A program made the translations under genes and the position numbers. Of a stretch of DNA of 64,000 nucleotides, positions 13,853 through 27,090 are shown in pieces. The number at the start of each line of letters is the position of its first letter. Positions within the stretch are counted from its first letter, which is position 1. Below the pieces are notes generated by a model. It had not been told where the DNA came from. It saw only the letters and a program-made list of their open reading frames with translations, and made no database searches. This DNA is from Octopus bimaculoides (Eukaryota), in assembly GCF_001194135.2 (NCBI RefSeq), contig NC_068994.1, positions 39,568,466 through 39,632,465 of the forward strand. The letters run 5' to 3'.

Positions 13853-15761
13853 ATGGCAATTTTGGGGCTGAATTAGTGTGACACATTATGGAACAAGACA
13901 AGATTTTTTAATGACAGGTACAATCCACCAGATGAGATTCCTCCCCGTTTCTGTCTGCGATTCTATTCTCAAGTATGAGTCAAACTGAGGCTACAGTCCA
14001 AGATTCCACAAACATTATAATTGTGAAGCAATCTTTTTAAGCTTTTAGTCATGCTTAACATCTACTGGATAACTGTGTACTTTGGTAAGGAAAAGAATAA
14101 AAAATGATTTTCACAGAATGGTATCTAACAAACCATGTTCTTTGTCAAATACTAAAAATACGAGTGGTGAATCAGCAGTGTCATTAGAGAGCTGGACAGA
14201 ATGCTTTGAGGTTTTTGTTCCAACATTCTGTGCTCTGAGTTAAACACCCACAGAGATCAACTTTGCCTTTCATCCTTTTAGGGTTAATAAAGAAATGTGA
14301 ATTGGCAGAATTGTTAGAGTGCTTGACAGGTTGCCTGTATCTGTTCTGGCTCTGTGGATTCTAAGCTGAAAATCTAACCCCCATCACTGAAAAACATTGA
14401 CACTTCTTGTCAGGAGTTGTAATCAACAGATAATATCTGCAACATAAAAAAATGAAGGTAAACGTTTCCTCACTTTGATTGGAAGATTGACTGCCACTAC
14501 CACCACCACCAAAATCATCACCATCACCACAACCACCAACACCACCACCACCAACACCACGAAGAGTGAGGGCCAGAAAATGAAATATGCCAATCTACAT
14601 AACTTCCATCATTTACCTCTAAAATAACCACAATTATGAGAGTTACTTTTCAGTCAGCTACATGCTATTAAATTTAAAATTTAAAACTGATGACAGCACT
14701 GAAGAACTTTGAAACTTTTTAATAAAAAATAGCTTTGGTATAAATATACACAAATATACATGCATATCCACAACATTTGTTTAAATCAATATTGAAGATA
14801 TAAATCATATAAGTCAATTGTTTTTGGTTCATTTTTGTGTCTTTCAATTGATAATTTTTCTTATCAAATTGGGTTTTTTTTTTCATACAGGGTCCATATA
14901 TGAGAAGGAAATTTATCTATTGTTGAAAATCCCTTTAGTGGAGATACTCTTCATTGAACAAATGGATGGTCACAAATACCAAAGTATTGTGACTTACCAG
15001 TAAACCATCAGATTGATTTAACACCAAGAAGAGTCAAATATGTATGTAATGGTTGTTAATAAATAATGTTAAGTCAATTAGTGTAGTAGTAATTTGAATA
15101 TCAGTTCATTATAAAACAATGTCAAATATGATTAATTACAATTTTTTTTTTAACAAGCAAAACATCAAATTTCTGAAAATTAGAAAATGTTAAATACTTG
15201 AAAAGTTTAAATTTTATAAAATGGACAATGATTCAAACATTTTTTTACAAGTTTCTTAGTTATTTAAATAAATCTATATTGAAGCCTGCACATGTCAATC
15301 TTTTTCTTTCCTTTTGTTTTTGTTTTTTTTTCTTTAGTGCATTTCCAATTTTGAGTAGAATTTATAATTGATAACTTGAAGAAATTTTGGACAATTTCTT
15401 TTCTAATGTTTCTTTTCCTTCTTTCTTTCTTTCTTTTTTTTTCTTTTTTGCCTGTTGAAGATTTATAATTTATTTTTAGACTTCCCTAATATACATTTCA
15501 AAACAGATTCTCTAGAACTTTTTTCTTAATGTTAAAATGGTTGAAAAACATTTTCTTATTTTCAATAAGAAACAGAATACATAATGAAGGGGTTGTTAAA
15601 TTGTATAGTTATACAATGTTTTTAGGTAGATTTGTTGGAATCAGGTCTCTAATTACATGAAAATAATGTTTTGTCTTTTTTGTTTTAAAGTCTGCTGAAT
15701 ATTCAAAATATTTTTATCATTGTTACCTGAATATTTTCTTGCTAGTGCAAGTCTAAGAAGT

Positions 15762-16036
15762 CTAGGAATATGGTAGCTTTGGTATCGCTGGTAAAGGTTT
15801 ACTGTAGGTGGTGAAACTGTTCTTGACTGGTAAACTCCGAGACTGGGCTGCTAATTCAGAATTCCGGCAAAGGGCCTGGGCAGATTTTAAATTAATTATA
15901 TCATTACAGTGAGTGTCAGTATCCAGTTTGTGAGCATGTTGAGAAGAAATGCTTAAATTCTTTTTCCCACTAAATATTTGAGGCAAAGTCCTCCTGTCAA
16001 GACTTTGGTTCATTCCAGGTCGACAAGTCTTAAGGC
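15762..16036 (-). CDS. Probable terminal coding exon ((G)LKTCRPGMNQSLDRRTLPQ...TYSKPLPAIPKLPYS*)
   Basis: Strong acceptor tgtttttgcttttgttttctacag|, phase 1. It gives ~91 codons of non-repetitive sequence to TAG at 15762, followed by a long AT-rich, repeat-poor stretch resembling a 3' UTR. Confidence 0.6.
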
Positions 16037-16879
16037 CTGTAGAAAACAAAAGCAAAAACAAAAGATAGGTAAATAAATCTGACTCAAAATAAAAATAAAA
16101 AGAATGAAATATTTTAAAAGGTAAAATGAAAATTAAACTCGGGTTCCTGATACAACAGATGATAATTTTAGTGGTTATTTTAATTTTGTAATACATTTGT
16201 CCAACCCATACCAGCATGGAAAATGGACGTTAAATGATGATGATGACAACGACGCCAACAAGGGTTAGATAGGGGCTGATGAAGGAAGTCAACAGGTCTT
16301 TTATCTCAAGATAATATTCCTATCATCAAACATTTGTCTTGTAAAATAAACTAATATTTTTTTTTTAAATAAAAATCTATCAGTTTCAGGATGGCTTTTG
16401 GTTCAATTTCAAATCATTTTCTGTTTTATCAAAGACTATTGTGTTAATTTGGTAAAAAAAAGAAACAATAAGATAAAATAAAAATAGAAAATTTATTCAA
16501 AACAATCTCAAGTGTTTTTATTCTACAAAGTGTTACAAGAAGCTGAAGAAATATTTATTAGATTATTGGCATTTTTTTTCTCTCAATGGTAAAATAGAAA
16601 ATTAAGGTTAAGATTAATAAGATTTGGGTGAGCAAGTATTAGTGATTATAAGTGCACTGTGGAATATTAAAAATAAACTTATGAATTAAGAAAAAACAAC
16701 ATAGATAGGAATGACATTGTAGGTTTAGTTAAATTTCAACAACTTCATAAAAGAATATATGTGTCAAAATATGGATACAGAAAAGACTATGGCTAAGAAG
16801 CTTAACTTGTAGCTATGTGGTTTGAGGTTAAATTTTAATGTGCAGCATTATAGACCATTCTTTTCTATTATAGACCAGG

Positions 16880-17345
16880 ATAGCCATAATAAGGAGAGGA
16901 TGGGAAACATTCACGGTGCTATTACTTCTGCTAGCAACAAGGGGGTTCTTTCTTTGAGCAAAGGCCGTGTAAAGATAGTACAGAAATGAAGCAAGCATCA
17001 AACGCTGGAAGTATAATAGTAGCATGCCTAAATGATGTTGTATAGATGAGATGAGTGACAGAATGGGCATAACTGGAATCAGGTATAGTGTACAAGAACA
17101 AAGACTACATTAGTATAGACCTGTGATATATATGAATGATGACAGATGGGTAAAGAAATGCAAGGATATCCAAGTGGAAGGAAACTGTCAAAAACCAAGG
17201 AAGACATGGAGAGAAAAGCTGAAAACTGATCTCAAGAAATTATACCTCATAAAAGAGATGACAAAGAAATACGACAAATGGCAAAACACAATGTTGGAGA
17301 GAGTCTGCCCACCCCATACAAGCATGGAAAAGCAGGCATAAAAAG
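16880..17345 (+). mobile_element. RTE-clade LINE 3' fragment
   Basis: Remnant RRWETF..LL.L...KGRV and DDRWVKKCKDIQVEGNCQKPRKTWREKLKTDL, ending in the CATGGAAAA tail shared with the RTE-type tails in this window. Confidence 0.7.
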
Positions 17346-17559
17346 GATGCAGGCAATGTTTCTGGTGTATATACAGATACATATCACATGGTTCTGGATT
17401 CAATCCCAATGTGTTGCATCTTGGGCATGTCTTCTTCTGTAACCCTGGGTCAACTAAAACCTTGTGAACAGATTGGTAGATGGAAAATAAAAGAATCTCA
17501 TCATATATATGAGCTGCATTCAAAATGTATCTGACTTTATATTTTCTCACAAAAACTAA

Positions 17560-17850
17560 TGCTGCAGGGACGAAATCGTTTGAGTGGGAGGTAAAATAAC
17601 CCTTCTTGGTAATGTGTGAAAATTTTCACACTGGTAGACTACATCAGTTCCTGAAGTAACAACTCCTAGATTATGACATGTAGTGTGCATTCATCAGATT
17701 TTCGTTTTCACTCAAGATGACCAAGCGCATGGAGCAGAGATTATAAACCTATGTCACATCCCCAGTGATCACGATCTTCATGAAGTCTGTGCTCTCTGTA
17801 TATATCGATCAGTTGTTCATAAGTCCAAAAGGAAATTCTTTTGAACAGTA
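17560..17850 (-). mobile_element. Mariner transposase fossil fragment
   Basis: Minus strand reads DFMKIVITGDVT*VYN (the TGDETW motif) and carries a decayed PPYSPDLAP-like segment. Confidence 0.55.
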
Positions 17851-19044
17851 ATATTTAATGTAGTTGTTGGCTATGGCTGGTTACCATTGGTTTTGTGTCT
17901 ATTATCTTCTTAGCAATATAGGTGACACATCAACTCTGCTAGCAGAGGCACATATCCTTTATACTAATGGCGTTAAGAATACAGTTTTAGTCAGCCAGGG
18001 TTGTAAAACAAAATACCCTGAAGCAAAATTCTTTGAAGTAAAAACCCCTCCTAGGTGAGATGGAGATATTTCTCTTTGACCAGTTCCAATTGTGTCTGAA
18101 AAGCATTACTTTATGCACGATTTCCATTCACTAGTCAACAAGTAGGGAATTCCATGCCTCCAACATGAATTTCCTCTCATGAGAACATTAACTAAATACA
18201 TGACTTTTGGAATTTAAGAAAACCCCTGGGTCAAGTGAAATTTTAAGATCCTTGGACTCTTGGCCAATCTTTTTTAACACACACACACTTATATTTATAT
18301 TTATATTTCAAAGCTGAAGAATGGAAGAAATTTTTGGTATTATCTATTCATCATTGTATGTATGTGCTTGTGTTTGTCCCACTGCCTTTTGACAACCAGT
18401 GTCGGTTTGTTTACACCTCCCCACAAATTAGCACTTCAGCAATTAGAGCATGACATTATAAGTACCAGCCTTAAAAATAATTACTGAGGACAAGTTGTTT
18501 GTGTAAATCCCTGAAGCAAAAACAGTGCCTCAGTATCACTGCAGTCCATGACTAACACAAGAGAAAGAAGATACATATGCATATATGTGTGTGTGTATGT
18601 GTGAGAGTCATTATATATAATATTTATCTTTAGCAAATATTTAACTGGTGAGGACATATGAAATTGGTAATCAATTCATTAAATCTTTATTTTACTGGCT
18701 TGCAGTTGTAAATCTCTGACAGAGAAGATCCATATTTCATGCAAACACTAGTATATTTATATATTCCTGTTTTGATAAAAGAAGACCATGTCTTTATTTT
18801 CATTGTTACTGATGGGCCTCATCTGCAGCGGTGGTGGTGGCTGCAGTGTTTTAAACTTACAGATTTAGAAGAAAAAAAAATATCCATACATATATATATA
18901 TATATANNNNNNNNNNNNNNNNNNNNNNNNNNNNNNNNNNNNNNNNNNNNNNNNNNNNNNNNNNNNNNNNNNNNNNNNNNNNNNNNNNNNNNNNNNNNNN
19001 NNNNNNNNNNNNNNNNNNNNNNNNNNNNNNNNNNNNNNNNNNNN

Positions 19045-19078
<34 letters not shown>

Positions 19079-19261
19079 AAGAACGCTATTGTATAACCTG
19101 TATTATTAATCTTACTTGTCTATGACAAAATTATGAATAATGCATTTTCCAAGACATGGATTGCCAACAGTCTTATATTATATTTTTTTAAAGATCTACC
19201 TAGATACTCTTTAGGAGACACTAGTGCACATTATTTGAGAGCCACTGTGGCAAGGTATGGT

Positions 19262-19490
19262 TTAACTGTTAAGCATTTAAAGCAGCCATATCAGGCCCAA
19301 ATATTGTACCTTGTTGTATGTTCAAACCAGCTAGATTCAGCTTCTCTCACTTACCCTACAATGTTATTCTCAAAATAAACGATCACATCATCTGAATTTT
19401 GAAGCTACTGAGTAATGCATAATTAATTCCAAACAAGATGAATGGATATGAATCATTCTTGACAGAATAATTTGAATGCTAAAGGGTTAA
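19262..19490. mobile_element. piggyBac-like MITE copy
   Basis: TTAACTGTTAAGCATT...GAATGCTAAAGGGTTAA, with TTAA at both ends. Confidence 0.7.
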
Positions 19491-20117
19491 AGAAGATTTT
19501 ACTGATATTTCTAGCAGGTCTGGTGGTTAAACAACATATCCCACTTAAAAACTTATGGAGTTCCTAAGTTGTTTATGTTTGATCTTAATATAAACGGTCC
19601 GAGTTCAAATTCCCTCAAGGTCGACTTTGCTTTACATCCTCTTGGGGTTGATAAAATATGTGCCAGTTAAGCATTGGGGTCGATGTAATCGACTTACCCC
19701 CTCCCCAAAATTGCTGGCCTTGTGCCAAAATTTGAAAATAATATAATAGGTATGTACTATATATTGTACATAACTTGATATTTATGCAAAATGGTTTTGT
19801 ACAATCATTAATGTATTCGTTACTACACTCAAATACTCTGCTACTTAATAAACTTTCACCTTCACTGAAATATTTCTATCTTCTCCCTTTTCTAAATAAT
19901 CTGCCCATTTTTTTTTTTTTTTTTTTTTTTTGTCATTCATCCAGAAGGAAAGGCAGTGTCTATGATACTTACAGAATCTCCAAGATTAGTGAGAAGTAGG
20001 AAGCAAGGTATTCTCAAACTAAATACTTGCAGGAGAGTGGCATCTGTTAAAGGCACTCAAGATGTTAGGTGGTGGTATAAAACTGTGCACGAAATTGGGT
20101 GCTTGATTAAATTTGGC

Positions 20118-20349
20118 TTAACTCTTTTGTAACTAACTTGTCTGAGATAGCTTTTAGTTCTTTGATACGAATTTCCTGTTTTACAATGATCTAAATTAAA
20201 ACCTTCCATCAAAATTTCCTGTTAATTTATATTCCAAACACCAGCTTGATAATGACCATGTTATTTTAGTAAATTCTTTATAATTTAAAAGAAATTAATT
20301 GTATTAAAGGAAGTGTATTTTAACAGAAGTACAGTAACAAAAGGGTTAA
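20118..20349. mobile_element. Second piggyBac-like MITE family
   Basis: TTAACTCTTTTGTAACT...AGTAACAAAAGGGTTAA. Confidence 0.65.
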
Positions 20350-20755
20350 AGACAGACTTAAGTTGGTTAGTAGGCTTACAATGTCACCTCGTTTAACTTC
20401 ACTACCTGGTTTTTGGGTACCTTTGGTGTAGTTCACTTAGTTGCAAGCATTCAAACCAAGTCTCTGGTCATGCAATGACATTTCCTTCCTCCCACAGATC
20501 TTACCAGTCCTGAAAAGGGTGATGGGCACTGCCTTTCCTCATTTGACTAAGCCATTAAAAATACTAAAAGAAAAAAAGGGAAGAAACAAAGCAAACTAAA
20601 AGAACTAGCCATTTCTAAAGTCTTTTTAAATTTCCCCTCCTTCACCCCATACTTAAACCCTTAATTGCATGATTACAAAAAAAAAAAAAAGGGTTAAACA
20701 GCAAACAGGTTATTCAAAAATTTTCTTCTATCAGAAGACTGTCAAAATGATGTGG

Positions 20756-20801
20756 ACACTTCTGATGAGAACCCAATAAGGTTCAAAAATCGATTAAGGT
20801 T
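20756..20801 (+). ncRNA. Minimal Penelope-type hammerhead ribozyme motif with one core mutation (GAAA>AAAA)
   Basis: CACTT-CTGATGA-GAACC(caataa)GGTTC-AAAA-ATCGAT-TA|AGGT: perfect 5-bp stem II, palindromic stem III (AATCGATT), UUA triplet, 4-bp stem I. Confidence 0.5.
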
Positions 20802-20870
20802 GTTCATCAGTATTTTCAGTCTGCAGAGAAATGGCTAAAATTTGCCCTGTTTATAATTATACCATATGTT

Positions 20871-20903
<33 letters not shown>

Positions 20904-21710
20904 TCAATATATATACAGCCACACTCAACACACACATATGTATGTATGCATATGTGAATGTGAATGTGTGTGTGTGTGTGTGTGTGTGTGAGTTGTTATT
21001 CCCAGTTTAACTCTTGATCATATAGACTTATAATCATGAAGGATATTCCAACTATGAAAATCCCATCTTTATCTGTATCTAGAATTACATTGACCAATAT
21101 GTCCTTCCACTTTAATAAGGCAATAGATTGTGATTTGATAGTATGTGACTGCTACTTTTAGCAAGGTTGAATTATCGTGGAAAAGATTCTGTTGTTGAAC
21201 TTGTTTATATATTATCCTATGTTATTTTAGTAGCAACTAACTGAAATTATGTATTGTTATTTATGTTATAACAAGGTTTCCATTTAGATATTAATCTCAA
21301 TAATATAAACATTTTAGTACAGCTGGTCTCAAGTAGGTTTGATATTAAAAGTGTTGCATAGATGATATATATTTTTACATGTTCACTATTAGTGATCACA
21401 CTTAGTATCATCATCATTATCATCATCATTGCTGCCGCCGCCGCCAGTGCTACTGTCGCTGCTGTCGCCCCCATCATCCTCATCGTCAAATTTTAGTGTC
21501 CACTTCTTCATGCTTGCATGAGTCAGCCAGAAGTTGTTGAGGTAGGTTTTTCTATGGTTGGATACCCTTCCTGTCCCCAACTCTCACTTGGTTCCTAGCA
21601 AAGCAATATTTTCCTTGACATGTTTCTCATGGAAGACTGTAATTAAACAACTTTGCTTGTATGATGATGATATTCATTTATAACCATCACTTGGTGTCTA
21701 TAAATGGATG

Positions 21711-21749
<39 letters not shown>

Positions 21750-22575
21750 ATACAATGGGGTTCTTTTTGGTTTCCCTTCAAATACACTCAGTGGAATGGA
21801 ACCCCGAGACCACATGGTTGAAAACAAGGTTCTTAAACACACAGTCACTCAAAGATTGTTGGTCTAGTACCAAAATTTGAAATCGTCGTCATCATCATCA
21901 TCATCATCATTATCATCATCATCATCATCATTATTATTATTGCACTGGATTGACAGAATTATGTGTTGGACAAAATGCCTTGTGGTATTTTGTTTGGCTC
22001 TTTATGTTCTGAGTTCAAATTTTGCTGAGGCCAACTTTGCCTTTCAACCTTCAGATATTGATGAAATAAAATACCATTCATGTACTGAGGTTGATGTAAC
22101 TGTATCATCCTTTCCTCATAAGTCTACTGGTCTTGTGCCTAAATTAAAAACATTTGCGCTCCTTGTTATCATCACTGCTATTGCCACTATCACATGTGTC
22201 ATCATCACAATCATTCTCATCATCATAGATGCAGGAAATCAACATCATGACATGACAAGGAAATTGATTATCAGAATCAATTGAGCTTTTCGCAAAATGC
22301 TTTGAGGTGTTTTGTTACAGCACTTTATATTCTGAGCTCCAGTAATGCTGAAGTCAGTTTTACTTTCATCCTTCAAGGATCAACAAAATAAAGTGCTAGT
22401 AGAATATTCCAATCCTTTTTTGTAATCTTTTATCTTTAACTTGTGTCAGACATCAGACTGCAGCCATGCTGGGTCACCACCTTGAAGGGCTTTAGTTGAA
22501 CAAATCACTCATTTTGTTTTCAAGGCCGCTGCTTCTTCTATTGGTCTTTTCTGCTGAATAACTAAGTGACGGGGA

Positions 22576-22802
22576 TTAACCCTTTAGCATTCAGATTGCT
22601 GGCAAAATGTAATGCTTATTTATTCGTTTTGTTTTGAATTAACCATGTATTATCTCATAGCTTCGAGGTTTTGATGATGTGATTGCTAAGTTTTAGGATA
22701 ACATTGTAGAGGATGTTTGAGAGGCCTGATCTGGCCAGTTTGACAATAAAACAAGTAGAATTTTGGGGCCAGATATGGCCACTTGATATGCTAAAGAGTT
22801 AA
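22576..22802. mobile_element. piggyBac-like MITE copy (reverse orientation); partial copy at ~31145-31260
   Basis: TTAACCCTTTAGCATTC...ATGCTAAAGAGTTAA. A TTAA target site and a TIR starting CCCT are piggyBac hallmarks. Confidence 0.75.
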
Positions 22803-23145
22803 ACAAGCCAACAAGGGTTGTCAATCAGAAGAGGGAGGAACATATTTAAGCACACACACAAACACACACACACACACACACACATGCATATATATATGAT
22901 GTGGTTCCACACATCTTCCATCTATTAAATCCACTCATAAGCCGTTGGCTGACCCAGCGTTATAGCAGAAGACACTTGTTGCACAGGGGAACTGAACCCA
23001 AAATCACTTGGTTGTGAAATAATCTTCTTAACAAGACAGCTGTGCCTAAATATTCTTATAAACCATTCTAGATGTATATGAGATTGTAATAAAGCAGAAG
23101 TCAAACTTGACATTTCATCTTTACAGGTCTGCTAAAATAAAGTAC

Positions 23146-23187
23146 CTGTTAAATACTGGGGATTGATTTGATATTCCTGCAAAATAT
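23146..23187 (-). CDS. Candidate 42-nt phase 1-1 exon ((D)ILQEYQINPQYLT(G)) with NPxY motif
   Basis: Acceptor tttcattcacatctag|, donor AACAG|gtactt. It is open and frame-compatible with both the upstream 44868 exon and the terminal exon at 16036. Confidence 0.45.
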
Positions 23188-23384
23188 CTAGATGTGAATG
23201 AAATAATAATGGGTTTCAGAAATGTGCAGAAAAAAATAATGTTATTATTCAAGATATTGGTTTTGATTTTACTAAACAAAATTTCTTCTACACTAGATTT
23301 AATTACATGAATTTCCTGTTTTCTCATTGCTGTAGCATTCAATAAATGTTACAATCACACAAACAACAAATGTACATTTTTATG

Positions 23385-23389
<5 letters not shown>

Positions 23390-23427
<38 letters not shown>

Positions 23428-23429
23428 TA

Positions 23430-23527
<98 letters not shown>

Positions 23528-23805
23528 CATATATATCAACATACATACTAATACAGATATATATGTATATATGTATGCCTGTGCATGTGTGTGTGTACAT
23601 ATATATATATATACACACACATGCATATACATAGACACACACAATAGCATACAAATACATACCTATGTACACATGCATGTACATATGTGCATATACATGC
23701 ACATACATATGCACACACATGCATACTTGCATACATACATATGTACACATGTATATGCATACATACATACATACACACATGTTTACATATATATATATAT
23801 ATATA
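23390..23805. repeat. Compound (TA)n/(TG)n/(CA)n microsatellite, representative of dozens in the window
   Basis: Directly visible; runs into the assembly gap at 23806-23946. Confidence 0.95.
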
Positions 23806-24208
23806 NNNNNNNNNNNNNNNNNNNNNNNNNNNNNNNNNNNNNNNNNNNNNNNNNNNNNNNNNNNNNNNNNNNNNNNNNNNNNNNNNNNNNNNNNNNNNNN
23901 NNNNNNNNNNNNNNNNNNNNNNNNNNNNNNNNNNNNNNNNNNNNNNATCTTTTTCATGACATTCTGTACAGCTTCACCCTGGTCTCTATTCAATTCTATA
24001 TTATGTATGTAAATTTGTTTTTTAGAAAAATCTCTTTTGGTTCACGCTTTCCAAAAAATGTTACCTAAAATAATTAAAATGAAATATTAATTATATTAAA
24101 CTTATCCTACAACCTTTTTTTTTTCTCTAAAAGACATTCTAACGTATTGTGATAACCCAGAAACAATATTCTATACATTTATATTTTCTTTGCTCTTCAA
24201 GAGAGATG

Positions 24209-24260
<52 letters not shown>

Positions 24261-24464
24261 ACGTGAATGCATGCGTGTGTGCATGTATACATGCATGCAT
24301 GCATGTGTGTGTGTGTGTGTATCTGTGTGTATGTGTGTGTGTATATGAATGTCTTCAAATTTTTATTGCTTAATCAGAGGAAGAGCTCTGCCTGTGACCA
24401 TTTCCAAGGCTTCTGAGACAGGATGGAAGGAAGAAAAAAGAAAGGAAAGAACAACCATACATCT

Positions 24465-24860
24465 ACATTAAGACTATATTATCCTAATGTCTTAAAGATG
24501 CAGTTATACATATATTATAGCACTATATTATCTAATGTGTCATAACTACACAGTCACATCTGAATTATATCACATTACCTAAACTATCTTAACCACACAT
24601 GTTTATATCATAGCACTACATCGTCTAGTGGTCTTAACAATGCAGCCAGACCTATGTCATCGTACAAATGTGTTTAATCACATTAGTTCTCTGATACAAG
24701 TGTGAGTAATCTAATACATCTTAACCACAGAGTTATACATTTATTATGGCACTACATTATCTAGTGCATTTTAGCCAAAACAACCATACCTCTGCCATTA
24801 GACTACATTATCTAATGTGTCTTAACCACACACACACATACATGTATCATAGTACAGGTA
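24465..24860. repeat. Degenerate minisatellite, ~40-45 bp unit (ATCATAGCACTACATTATCTAATGTGTCTTAACCACACAGTT)
   Basis: About 8 diverged units, with remnants again at ~25130-25250. Confidence 0.7.
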
Positions 24861-25414
24861 CATCACTGAGATTCCTGAATGTGATGATCCAGAATTTTTT
24901 ACAAATTCTCATGACAACCAAACTAGTACTTTGCACAGTACAGTATTTATAAACTTGTATCATTTATACTAATGTGCAGGTATCTTTACTGCATTTAATT
25001 ATTAAAGTAAATTTAATATTTGTTTAATATAGTCTGTTGGCCAAGGTAACCCCACTCCCCTTGGTTCTGAAATATTAGCAATCTGGAAAAGCTTTGGAAC
25101 TAAAGTTTCTGGAATATCAATGTTGTACTTACACTACATGCTCTAATGCCATTATCACACAGACATCCAATAATATAATTTAATGTAATAACCATTCAGA
25201 CATACATGTATCATAGTACTACATTATTTAACATATCTTGAACCTCAGTCATGCCTGCAATCCTAGAAAGTGCTTGTAAGCATCATTCTGGAGATAAAGT
25301 CTCGACAAGCTGAATTCATTCATTCTCAGTTCAGATTTAAATCACAAGTATCTTTATCTTTTAATTGTATCATTTCACTGGACTGTAACTATGACTGCGA
25401 TTTTGTTCAGCTTG

Positions 25415-27090
25415 ATTGTTCTTCTTCTCAAGCACAACATAATACCAAAGGTCTTGGTCATTGTCTCTATGAAGCCCAACACTCGAAAGGAACTCAGCCA
25501 CCTTTCCTCCATGAGGCCCAACACTTGAGAGTTACTCAGTCACTTTGCCTTGTCAGGCCCCACACTCAAGAGGAACTCAGCTACTTTGTCTCCGTGAGGC
25601 CTAACATTCAAAAGATGTTCTTTACATGCCACCAGCACAGGTGCTTTTATGAGTGCTTTTATGTGCCACTGGCATGGTGCCAATTTGTGTGACACCGGTA
25701 TCTGCCACGAGTGAGATTTTGCTCAGCTTGATGAGTCTTCTTCTCAAGGTGATGGGTCCTCTCAAGCACAGCACAATGCCAAAGGTCTCAGACACCAGTC
25801 ATTGCTTCTATGAGGCTCAAAGTTCAAAGTTCATGCCTCACCACTTCATCCCATGTTTTCCTGGGTCTACCTCTACCACAGGTTCCCTCCACAGTTAGAG
25901 ATTGGTACTTCCTTACGCAGCTGTCCTCATCCATATGCATCACATGACCATACCAGCACAGTCATCTCTCTCTCTTGCACACCACATCTGATTCCTCTTA
26001 TAACAAACTTTTCTATCAAGATGCTTACACTCTGTCAAACATGCACATTGACATTGCAATAATCATACTGGTTTCATTTCTTTCAAGCCTACACATGTCC
26101 TCGGCTGTCATAGCCCATGTTTCACTGCCATGCAGCATGGCTGTTTGCACACAGGCATCAAACAATCTATCTGCCTTTCACTCTGAGAGAGAAGCCTTTT
26201 GTTGTCAGCAGGGGTAGGAGCTCTCTGAACTTTGCCAAGCCTAATCTTATTCTGACAGCTATGCTCTTGGAGCATCTACCTCCACTACTAATTTGGTCAC
26301 TTAGATAATGGAAGCTATCGACTACCTCTTGCTTGTGCTACTAGCAGTTGATGGAGTCTATTTTCTGTGCATTTTCAGCGTTTATTGTATCTGTGCACCT
26401 TCCACATACAAAAGTTAGCTTCCTTGTTAACCTTCCTCTAATGTTTCTGCACCTCTTATGTGTCCAAAGCTTACACTGGGTGCATCTTATGGAGTTTCTA
26501 CCTACACTTTTTCTACAGACTGTGCAGGGCCATCTACCTGAAGAGATTTGTGACTTGTCTGCCTTCCTACTTACTATAACTTTGGTTTTTGCTAGGTTAA
26601 CTCTAAGGCCCTTTGATTCTAGACTTTGCTTCCATACCTGAAACTTCATCTCTAGTTCAGGTAGTGATTCAGCTATAAGAGCAAGGTTATCAGTATAGAG
26701 GAGCTCCCAGGGGCAGCCTGTCTTGAATTCCTCTGTTATTGCCTGGAGAACTATGATGAACAAGAGGGGGCTGAAAACCGATACTTGATGAACCCCTACT
26801 TGTACCCTGAATTCTTCGCTATACTCATTGCCCACCCTCACTTTACTGGTAGAGTCTCTGTACAAGGCTTGTATGGCTCTCACCAACCACTCATCAATCC
26901 CTAGTTTCTGAACTGACCACCAGATAAGGGATTAGCGGGTCTCTGTCAAAAGCTTTCTCTAAGTCAGCAAAAGCCAAGTACAGAGGTTTACCTTTTGCTA
27001 GGTATTTCTCCCGCAATTGCCTTACCAGAAATAAAGCATCAGAGGTGCTTCCACCTGGCACAAAACCAAACTGCATCTCATCTAGACTAA
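25415..27090 (-). mobile_element. 5'-truncated RTE-clade LINE (reverse transcriptase remnant plus 3' region)
   Basis: Frameshifted RT motifs MQFGFVPGGSTSDALF...AFADLEKAFD, GVHQVSVFSPLLFIIV, ELLYTDNL (YADD), GLRVNLAKTK. Confidence 0.9.
25460..25615. repeat. 41-bp tandem repeat (~4 copies) in the RTE LINE 3' region
   Basis: Units of the form TTGCCTCCATGAGGCCCAACACTCGAGAGGAACTCAGCCACT. Confidence 0.7.

Noticed and set aside
14480-14560. Gly-rich or Val-rich reading frames
   Set aside because: Derived from a (CAC)n/(CAT)n trinucleotide microsatellite.
16270-16335. CTGATGA motif as another hammerhead
   Set aside because: No properly placed GAAA or stem III follows.
19945-20007. 63-nt plus-strand exon-like segment after poly-T
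   Set aside because: Weak donor, no other supporting plus-strand exons, and it shares AGGAAAGGCAGTG with a repeat at ~20540.
25460-25615. Regularly spaced repeats resembling a CRISPR array
   Set aside because: These are contiguous tandem units without unique spacers, inside a eukaryotic LINE, with no cas genes.
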